A DNA stretch of 14,736 nt, from the IMG/VR virus record IMGVR_UViG_2609459797_000002. The stretch is one strand, 5' to 3'. The position numbers and the translations under genes are program-made. Positions 8,180 through 14,736 of the stretch are shown piece by piece. Each line of letters begins with the position of its first letter. Within the stretch, counting starts at the first letter, position 1. The notes beneath the pieces are model-generated. The model made no database searches and was not told where the DNA came from. It saw nothing but the letters and a program-made list of their open reading frames with translations. The DNA comes from a virus. Taxonomy: Duplodnaviria; Heunggongvirae; Uroviricota; Caudoviricetes.

Positions 8180-8308
8180 ATGGATTTCGACACAATCATG
8201 GAAAAAGCTTACGAAGAATACTTCGAAGGTCTTGCCGACGGCGAAGAAGCTCTCAGCTTCAACGAATTTAAACAGGCGCTTTCCAGTTCGGCAAAATCTA
8301 ACGGCTGA
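8180..8308 (+). CDS. ydfB: YdfB-like small protein (42 aa)
   Basis: Hand translation MDFDTIMEKAYEEYFEGLADGEEALSFNEFKQALSSSAKSNG. ATG 2 nt after the ydfA stop, SD GGTGAGTGA. Below the track cutoff. Confidence 0.7.
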   Translation: MDFDTIMEKAYEEYFEGLADGEEALSFNEFKQALSSSAKSNG

Positions 8309-8337
8309 TAAGCGAAACAGCACCGCGAGGAATCAGT

Positions 8338-8556
8338 ATGCAGAAACGAGAACCCGTCATCATCGCGCCAGACTATACCGATGATGAACTTTATGAGTGG
8401 ATGCGCCAGAAAATTAATGCAGCGCAGGATCTGAAATGGGCCAATGAAGCCAGGGCTAAGCAGGCTGAAAATCTGTCCGCTCTGGAGCAGGATATCACCA
8501 ATCTGGAAAAAGCAGCGGCATTAAGCATTGCCAGAATGATTACATACCCGCGTTAA
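8338..8556 (+). CDS. ydfC: YdfC-like protein (72 aa)
   Basis: Track ORF; SD GAGGAA; third gene in the dicA-downstream cluster, as in Qin. Confidence 0.75.
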   Translation: MQKREPVIIAPDYTDDELYEWMRQKINAAQDLKWANEARAKQAENLSALEQDITNLEKAAALSIARMITYPR

Positions 8557-8896
8557 TAGCTAACCAACGAAGCTAAGGTTGGTAATTAAGGAGTTCTCCA
8601 CGGGTGAGGTGGAGTGCGTGCGCCGGACACGGGTGAGCATCCGGCACTGACAGTTTACTGAAAGGATATTTCCCTGAAAAGTCAGACCATAACGCGAAAG
8701 CGCACGGCGAGGTAGCTGGTTCATAGATAGCCTGTCGTTAAATTTTCGTCGACCGTGCGCTTCCGGTTGTGGCAACCCGCGAAATGGTGCGGCGGTAAGT
8801 ATGGCGGGGTTATTTCTTCCCCGTTGAGGACACCGGGTTGTCAGGTTGACCATACGCTTAAGTGACAACCCCGCTGCAACGCCCTCTGTTATCAAT

Positions 8897-8954
8897 TTTC
8901 TGGTGACGTTTGGCGGTATCAGTTTTACTCCGTGACTGCTCTGCCGCCCTTTTT
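8897..8954 (+). ncRNA. dicF: DicF small regulatory RNA (ftsZ-targeting antisense sRNA) with its intrinsic terminator
   Basis: TTTCTGGTGACGTTTGGCGGTATCAGTTTTACTCCGTGACTGCTCTGCCGCCCTTTTT matches the DicF sequence as I recall it. GGCGG...CCGCC pairing followed by a T-run. Sits between ydfC and dicB as in Qin. Confidence 0.85.
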
Positions 8955-9123
8955 AAAGTGAATTTTGTGATGTGGTGAATGCGGCTGAGCGCACGCGGAA
9001 CAGTTAAAACCAAAAACAGTGTTATGGGTGGATTCTCTGTATCCGGCGTTAATTGTTAACTGGTTAACGTCACCTGGAGGTACCAGGCACTGCATCACAA
9101 AATTCATTGTTGAGGACGCGATA

Positions 9124-9312
9124 ATGAAAACGTTATTACCAAACGTTAATACGTCTGAAGGTTGTTTTGAAATTGGTGTCACTATCAGTAACCCAGTATT
9201 TACTGAAGATGCCATTAACAAGAGAAAACAAGAACGGGAGCTATTAAATAAAATATGCATTGTTTCAATGCTGGCTCGTTTACGTCTGATGCCAAAAGGA
9301 TGTGCACAATGA
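9124..9312 (+). CDS. dicB: DicB cell-division inhibitor (62 aa)
   Basis: MKTLLPNVNTSEGCFEIGVTISNPVFTEDAINKRKQERELLNKICIVSMLARLRLMPKGCAQ recognised as DicB. SD GAGGA. The track ORF is extended upstream. Confidence 0.9.
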   Translation: MKTLLPNVNTSEGCFEIGVTISNPVFTEDAINKRKQERELLNKICIVSMLARLRLMPKGCAQ

Positions 9313-9500
9313 ATTCAGCATTTGTGCTTGTTCTGACAGTTTTTCTTGTTTCCGGAGAGCCAGTTGATATTGCAGTCAGTGTTCACAGGACAATGCAGGA
9401 GTGTATGACTGCAGCAACCGAACAGAAAATTCCCGGTAACTGTTACCCGGTCGATAAAGTTATTCACCAGGATAATATCGAAATCCCGGCAGGTCTTTAA
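9309..9500 (+). CDS. ydfD: YdfD-like lysis/membrane protein (63 aa)
   Basis: MNSAFVLVLTVFLVSGEPVDIAVSVHRTMQECMTAATEQKIPGNCYPVDKVIHQDNIEIPAGL. ATG overlaps the dicB stop (ATGA). Hydrophobic N-terminus. Confidence 0.85.
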   Translation: MNSAFVLVLTVFLVSGEPVDIAVSVHRTMQECMTAATEQKIPGNCYPVDKVIHQDNIEIPAGL

Positions 9501-9592
9501 AACAGTTCCGTAATAAATATCCGGTTTCATTCTTATATGCCAGCAATGGCAGGGATTTGTTCATCCTTAAATCTGTCATGAGGTTAAAACAA

Positions 9593-12064
9593 ATGAGTAA
9601 AGTCTTTATTTGCGCCGCTATTCCTGACGAACTGGCAACAAGGGAAGAAGGCGCTGTGGCTGTAGCCACAGCCATTGAAGCTGGCGACGAACGCCGTGCT
9701 CGAGCAAAATTTCACTGGCAATTCCTGGAACATTATCCGGCTGCTCAGGACTGCGCTTATAAATTTATTGTCTGCGAGGATAAACCTGGCATACCCCGCC
9801 CTGCCCTCGATTCATGGGATGCTGAATATATGCAGGAAAACCGCTGGGATGAGGTGTCTGCTTCTTTTGTCCCGGTTGAGACTGAATCCGATCCGATGAA
9901 CGTCACTTTTGACAAGCTGGCCCCTGAAGTACAGAACGCTGTCATGGTTAAGTTCGACACATGTGAAAACATCACCGTTGATATGGTTATTAGCGCACAG
10001 GAATTGTTGCAGGAAGACATGGCAACATTCGACGGACATATCGTTGAAGCGTTGATGAAAATGCCAGAAGTTAACGCCATGTATCCGGAGCTTAAGTTGC
10101 ACGCCATTGGGTGGGTTAAGCATAAATGTATTCCTGGTGCTAAATGGCCCGAAATTCAGGCAGAGATGCGCATCTGGAAAAAACGTCGCGAAGGTGAACG
10201 CAAGGAAACCGGAAAATACACGTCTGTTGTTGATCTCGCCCGCGCCAGAGCCAATCAACAGTACACTGAAAATTCAACAGGAAAAATCAGCCCGGTCATT
10301 GCTGCCATTCATCGCGAATACAAGCAGACATGGAAAACACTGGATGACGAACTGGCCTACGCTCTCTGGCCTGGTGATGTGGATGCCGGAAACATTGACG
10401 GCAGCATCCATCGCCGGGCAAAAAATGAAGTTATCGACAACGACCGCGAAGACTGGAAGCGTATCTCGGCATCAATGCGCAAACAGCCTGATGCCCTTCG
10501 CTACGACCGCCAAACTATTTTTGGCCTTGTCCGTGAGCGTCCGATCGACATTCACAAAGATCCCGTAGCACTGAACAAATATATCTGCGAATACCTGACG
10601 ACAAAGGGCGTGTTTGAGAATGAAGAAACAGACCTGGGCACTGTTGATGTTCTCCAGTCATCAGAAACACAAACTGATGCAGTGGAAACTGAGGTATCTG
10701 ATATCCCAAAAAATGAAACCGCGCCGGAAGCTGAACCATCTGTAGAGCGTGAGGGGCCGTTCTATTTCCTCTTCGCAGATAAGGACGGAGAAAAATACGG
10801 TCGCGCAAACAAACTTTCTGGTCTGGATAAGGCACTGGCTGCTGGCGCCACTGAAATCACAAAAGAAGAATATTTTGCCCGAAAAAATGGCACATACACG
10901 GGCTTACCGCAAAATGTAGATACCGCTGAAGATTCAGAACAACCAGAGCCGATAAAAGTTACCGCTGACGAAGTAAACAAAATTATGCAGGCAGCCAATA
11001 TCATCCAGCCTGACGCCGATAAGTTGCTTGCTGCATCACGTGGTGAATTTGTTGAAGGGATTAGTGACCCGAATGATCCGAAATGGGTTAAGGGGATCCA
11101 GACCCGCGATTCTGTGAACCAGAACCAGCATGAATCGGAACGGAACTACCAAAAAGCGGAACAAAACAGCCCAAATGCGTTACAAAACGAGCCAGAAACG
11201 AAACAGCCTGAATCAGTGGCGCAACAGGAAGTGGAAAAAGTCTGCACCGCCTGCGGTCAGACCGGCGGCGGCAACTGCCCTGATTGTGGCGCGGTAATGG
11301 GCGACGCAACATACCAGGAAACATTCGATGAAGAGTATCAGGTTGAAGTTCAGGAAGATGATCCGGAGGAAATGGAAGGCGCTGAACATCCACACAAGGA
11401 GAACACTGGCGGCAATCAGCATCACGATAGCGATAATGAAACTGGCGAGACGGCAGATCACTCAATTAAGGTGAACAGTCATCAAGAAATCACATCCACC
11501 AGCAGGACGTGTGACCATCTAATGATCGACCTTGAAACCATGGGAAAAAATCCTGATGCCCCGATCATCTCAATAGGTGCAATATTTTTCGATCCGCAAA
11601 CCGGAGATATGGGACCGGAATTTAGTAAGACTATCGATCTGGAAACTGCTGGCGGAGTCATTGATCGGGACACCATTAAATGGTGGCTTAAGCAATCACG
11701 CGAAGCGCAATCTGCCATTATGACCGATGAAATCCCGTTAGATGATGCACTGTTACAATTGCGGGAATTTATCGACGAAAACTCCGGTGAATTTTTTGTT
11801 CAGGTCTGGGGAAATGGAGCCAACTTCGACAACACGATTTTGCGCCGTTCATACGAACGGCAGGGGATCCCCTGCCCGTGGCGTTACTACAACGATCGCG
11901 ATGTACGCACAATCGTTGAGCTGGGGAAAGCCATAGACTTCGATGCCAGAACGGCTATTCCATTCGAAGGTGAGCGCCATAATGCACTTGATGACGCCCG
12001 TTACCAGGCAAAATACGTTTCAGTTATCTGGCAAAAACTGATCCCGAGTCAGGCTGATTCTTAA
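9593..12064 (+). CDS. ydfE: full-length YdfE-like protein (823 aa): conserved N-domain, acidic linker, C4 zinc ribbon, C-terminal DEDDh 3'-5' exonuclease-like domain
   Basis: Likely start is the ATG at 9593 (MSKVFICAAIPDE..., SD GAGG); the track starts earlier at a TTG. Zinc ribbon C-x2-C-x8-C-x2-C (CTACGQTGGGNCPDCG, about 11243-11287). Exo motifs: DxE (LMIDLETMG), WGNGANFDNT, HNALDDARY. Confidence 0.85.
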   Translation: MSKVFICAAIPDELATREEGAVAVATAIEAGDERRARAKFHWQFLEHYPAAQDCAYKFIVCEDKPGIPRPALDSWDAEYMQENRWDEVSASFVPVETESDPMNVTFDKLAPEVQNAVMVKFDTCENITVDMVISAQELLQEDMATFDGHIVEALMKMPEVNAMYPELKLHAIGWVKHKCIPGAKWPEIQAEMRIWKKRREGERKETGKYTSVVDLARARANQQYTENSTGKISPVIAAIHREYKQTWKTLDDELAYALWPGDVDAGNIDGSIHRRAKNEVIDNDREDWKRISASMRKQPDALRYDRQTIFGLVRERPIDIHKDPVALNKYICEYLTTKGVFENEETDLGTVDVLQSSETQTDAVETEVSDIPKNETAPEAEPSVEREGPFYFLFADKDGEKYGRANKLSGLDKALAAGATEITKEEYFARKNGTYTGLPQNVDTAEDSEQPEPIKVTADEVNKIMQAANIIQPDADKLLAASRGEFVEGISDPNDPKWVKGIQTRDSVNQNQHESERNYQKAEQNSPNALQNEPETKQPESVAQQEVEKVCTACGQTGGGNCPDCGAVMGDATYQETFDEEYQVEVQEDDPEEMEGAEHPHKENTGGNQHHDSDNETGETADHSIKVNSHQEITSTSRTCDHLMIDLETMGKNPDAPIISIGAIFFDPQTGDMGPEFSKTIDLETAGGVIDRDTIKWWLKQSREAQSAIMTDEIPLDDALLQLREFIDENSGEFFVQVWGNGANFDNTILRRSYERQGIPCPWRYYNDRDVRTIVELGKAIDFDARTAIPFEGERHNALDDARYQAKYVSVIWQKLIPSQADS

Positions 12065-12136
12065 TGTTCAACTGTCGCCGGTTGTGACTGGTATTCTGCA
12101 ACCGGCGCTCGTCTGATGTAAGAGATAAAGAAATCG

Positions 12137-12388
12137 ATGAGCGAAGTAATCATGATTGTCTCTCCCGGCAAATGGGTATCCGAAGAGCAGTTAATTGCGC
12201 TGAAAGGAATAAAAAAAGGTACGTTAAAAAAGGCCCGGGAAAAATCGTTTATGGAAGGAAGGGAATATAAGCATGTCGCTCATGACGGTATGCCATGGGA
12301 TAACAGTCCATGCTTTTACAACCTGGAAGAAATTGATCGCTGGATTGAGCGCCAGGCATCAGCAAGACCAAGACGTCATCTTACTTGA
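12137..12388 (+). CDS. excisionase-like protein (83 aa)
   Basis: Small basic protein immediately upstream of int on the same strand; the ...GREYKHVAHDG... segment resembles Xis-family proteins. Confidence 0.65.
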   Translation: MSEVIMIVSPGKWVSEEQLIALKGIKKGTLKKAREKSFMEGREYKHVAHDGMPWDNSPCFYNLEEIDRWIERQASARPRRHLT

Positions 12389-12407
12389 CTAAAAGCCACA
12401 CTAACTA

Positions 12408-13703
12408 ATGAGAGAAGTTGAAATGAAATATCCGACAGGCGTGGAAAACCATGGAGGGAAATTACGTATCTGGTTTGTTTATAAAGGCGTAAGAGTCAGG
12501 GAAAACCTGGGGGTTCCTGACACAGCAAAAAACAGGCGCGTTGCAGGTGAGCTACGCGCCTCTGTTTGTTACGCAATAAAAACTGGTGTTTTCGACTATG
12601 CAAAACAGTTTCCCTCCTCACGCAATCTGGAAAAATTTGGTGAGACTCGACAAGATTTAACCATAAAAAAACTGGCTGAAAAATTTCTGGCACTGAAAGA
12701 AACTGAAGTCGCAAAAACATCACTCAACACATACCGTGCCGTCATCAAAAATATCCTGAGCATAATCGGTGAAAAAAATCTTGCCTCATCGATTAATAAA
12801 GAAAAATTACTGGAGGTTCGTAAAGAGCTACTGACTGGATACCAGATCCCCAAAAGTAACTATATTGTTACACAACCAGGGAGATCGGCTGTAACTGTAA
12901 ATAATTACATGACAAATCTTAACGCCGTGTTCCAGTTTGGTGTTGATAACGGTTACCTGGCAGATAACCCGTTTAAGGGGATCTCGCCATTAAAGGAATC
13001 AAGAACCATTCCGGATCCTCTTTCGCGGGAGGAATTCATCCGTCTTATCGATGCGTGCAGAAATCAGCAAGCCAAAAATTTATGGTGTGTTTCTGTTTAT
13101 ACTGGCGTTCGCCCTGGTGAGCTGTGTGCACTTGGATGGGAGGACATAGATCTGAAAAATGGAACAATGATGATCAGGAGAAATTTAGCAAAAGACCGTT
13201 TCACGGTACCAAAAACACAGGCGGGAACCAATCGGGTCATTCATCTTATTAAGCCAGCAATCGACGCTCTCCGGAGTCAGATGACATTAACGAGACTGAG
13301 CAAAGAGCATATCATTGATGTTCACCTCAGAGAGTATGGCAGAACAGAAAAACATAAATGCACCTTTGTTTTTCAACCTGAAGTGTCAGCGAGAGTAAAA
13401 AATTATGGTGACCATTTTACCGTTGACTCAATAAGGCAGATGTGGGACGCAGCGATAAAACGTGCCGGACTCCGCCATCGAAAATCATATCAGTCGAGAC
13501 ATACTTATGCCTGCTGGTCGCTGACAGCTGGTGCTAATCCGGCATTTATAGCAAACCAGATGGGCCATGCAGATGCGCAAATGGTATTTCAGGTATACGG
13601 AAAATGGATGTCTGAAAACAATAATGCACAGGTAGCTTTGTTAAATACACAGTTAAGCGAGTTTGCCCCAACCATGCCCCATAACGAAGCAATGAAAAAT
13701 TAA
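12408..13703 (+). CDS. phage tyrosine integrase (site-specific recombinase)
   Basis: 431 aa (426 aa if the ATG at 12423 is used). N-terminal arm-binding-type domain (GVENHGGKLRIWFVYKGVRVRENLG). C-terminal catalytic region with R...HxxR...Y pattern (SRHTYACWS..., ...QVYGKW). Last prophage gene before the host dehydrogenase. Confidence 0.9.
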   Translation: MREVEMKYPTGVENHGGKLRIWFVYKGVRVRENLGVPDTAKNRRVAGELRASVCYAIKTGVFDYAKQFPSSRNLEKFGETRQDLTIKKLAEKFLALKETEVAKTSLNTYRAVIKNILSIIGEKNLASSINKEKLLEVRKELLTGYQIPKSNYIVTQPGRSAVTVNNYMTNLNAVFQFGVDNGYLADNPFKGISPLKESRTIPDPLSREEFIRLIDACRNQQAKNLWCVSVYTGVRPGELCALGWEDIDLKNGTMMIRRNLAKDRFTVPKTQAGTNRVIHLIKPAIDALRSQMTLTRLSKEHIIDVHLREYGRTEKHKCTFVFQPEVSARVKNYGDHFTVDSIRQMWDAAIKRAGLRHRKSYQSRHTYACWSLTAGANPAFIANQMGHADAQMVFQVYGKWMSENNNAQVALLNTQLSEFAPTMPHNEAMKN

Positions 13704-13890
13704 TTTAATATTTATCAAATAGTTGACACGTATGACTCTTGAAATCCATAAATTCAAGCGCAGTGCCCAGCCATCCCGATACTGCTGCTTTCACCAAATC
13801 CTTAGTGCTTCTTTCGTGTTTTTCTATTGTCATAATGGTTATCTCTAAAAAAGAGGTAAGATGCGTACTACTTACTCGCCGTTATTGGTA

Positions 13891-14423
13891 TTATTCAGAA
13901 AAAGTGAGTAAGACTTTGCAGCAATGTTTTTGATCCTGTTCAAATAAACTAATGGCATCAGCAACATGCTGGAAATCAAACGTATGGGTAATTAATTTTT
14001 CTGGTTTAATTAACCCTTTACTTAACCAGTCGATAACGACCGGGAATTTATTTGCATTTAAGCGTGAAGAGAAAATAGAGAGTTCTTTTCCGGTAATTCC
14101 TTGCTGAATCACTTCAGACGGTTCACTGGAGAAACCCATCAATACAATACGTGCCGCTGGAGAAGCCAGCGTTACGGCCTCTTTCAGGATAGAAGGATGA
14201 CAAGCCGCATCAATAATTAATGTCGGCTTGATGCCTTTTTCAGTGAAAATCTCGCCAAGCGGTGTCTGGCTGTTATTAATCGCCCAGTCAGCCCCGCTCT
14301 CTTTCGCTTTTTCCAGTCGTTCATCAATGCGATCGGCAACAATCACATTTTTAACGTTATAGACGCCTTTTAATACCTGAACGATCGTCAGGCCGATTGG
14401 ACCGGCACCATAAACCAGAACGG
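13891..14423 (-). pseudogene. rspB: Zn-dependent alcohol dehydrogenase family gene, 3' portion only; 5' portion separated by IS1 insertion (probably rspB)
   Basis: Minus-strand translation reads ...VLVYGAGPIGLTIVQVLKGVYNVKNVIVADRIDERL...KVLLTFSE* (Rossmann GxGxxG domain). The frame is broken exactly where IS1 begins at 14424. The rspB assignment rests on recalled K-12 gene order intQ-rspB-rspA. Confidence 0.7.
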
Positions 14424-14736
14424 GGTGATGCTGCCAACTTACTGATTTAGTGTATGATGGTGTTTTTGAGGTGCTCCAGTGGCTTCTGTTTCTATCAGCT
14501 GTCCCTCCTGTTCAGCTACTGACGGGGTGGTGCGTAACGGCAAAAGCACCGCCGGACATCAGCGCTATCTCTGCTCTCACTGCCGTAAAACATGGCAACT
14601 GCAGTTCACTTACACCGCTTCTCAACCCGGTACGCACCAGAAAATCATTGATATGGCCATGAATGGCGTTGGATGCCGGGCAACAGCCCGCATTATGGGC
14701 GTTGGCCTCAACACGATTTTACGTCACTTAAAAAAC
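14424..14736 (+). mobile_element. IS1, partial: left inverted repeat and 5' portion; continues beyond window end
   Basis: GGTGATGCTGCCAACTTACTGATTTAGTGTATGATGGTG... is the IS1 terminal inverted repeat, followed by insA. Confidence 0.9.
14479..14736 (+). CDS. insA: IS1 InsA, 3' end truncated by window edge
   Basis: GTG start; hand translation (M)[42 protein letters not shown]...[13 protein letters not shown] matches InsA. The track ORF at 14450..14662 is a different, spurious frame. Confidence 0.85.
   Translation, partial: MASVSISCPSCSATDGVVRNGKSTAGHQRYLCSHCRKTWQLQFTYTASQPGTHQKIIDMAMNGVGCRATARIMGVGLNTILRHLKN

Noticed and set aside
8560-9260. Minus-strand ORFs 8560..8895 (111 aa) and 8925..9260 (111 aa)
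   Set aside because: Arg-rich antisense artefacts of a GC-rich spacer and of dicF/dicB; they would overlap the DicF sRNA and dicB on the opposite strand.
9675-11936. Multiple ORFs inside or antisense to the ydfE-like gene (9675..9899, 9757..10107, 9812..10258, 10107..10568, 10515..10835, 10762..11004, 11088..11465, 11213..11461, 11482..11718, 11742..11936)
   Set aside because: All are nested within the single long 823-aa frame that has recognisable domain motifs; none has its own plausible start context.
12496-12853. Minus-strand ORFs antisense to the integrase
   Set aside because: Nested in the integrase gene; no support.
13739-13933. Plus-strand 64-aa ORF downstream of int
   Set aside because: Overlaps the 3' end of the dehydrogenase gene on the opposite strand; no SD; likely the non-coding att-containing spacer.
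1-14736. CRISPR arrays, tRNA or rRNA genes
   Set aside because: No regularly spaced direct repeats and no tRNA-like cloverleaf or rRNA sequence seen by eye. The integrase is not adjacent to a tRNA here.

Overview
The window is a segment of a Qin-type (DicA/DicB) lambdoid cryptic prophage from an E. coli/Shigella-like genome, bounded and invaded by insertion sequences. Left to right: (1) an IS3 copy cut by the window edge (1-1212, minus); (2) a small K/E-rich coiled-coil gene with its own terminator; (3) an rve-type (IS481/ISNCY-like) IS whose transposase is frameshifted in a C6 tract; (4) about 1.6 kb of decayed small-ORF DNA; (5) a minus-strand early operon: dicC (cro-like), a 173-aa early protein, a replication protein with a DnaT-like C-terminus, a 140-aa hypothetical and a short DPPH-motif methyltransferase-like ORF; (6) the divergent immunity region dicC/dicA with repeated palindromic operators; (7) the dicA-ydfA-ydfB-ydfC-dicF-dicB-ydfD operon, including the DicF sRNA; (8) a full-length 823-aa YdfE-like protein with a zinc ribbon and C-terminal DEDDh 3'-5' exonuclease motifs; (9) xis-like and tyrosine integrase genes; (10) the 3' part of a Zn-dependent dehydrogenase (probably rspB) interrupted by IS1, which runs off the right edge. 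No CRISPR array, tRNA or rRNA was seen. All identifications rest on reading translations and on recalled family and K-12 knowledge; no database search was run.
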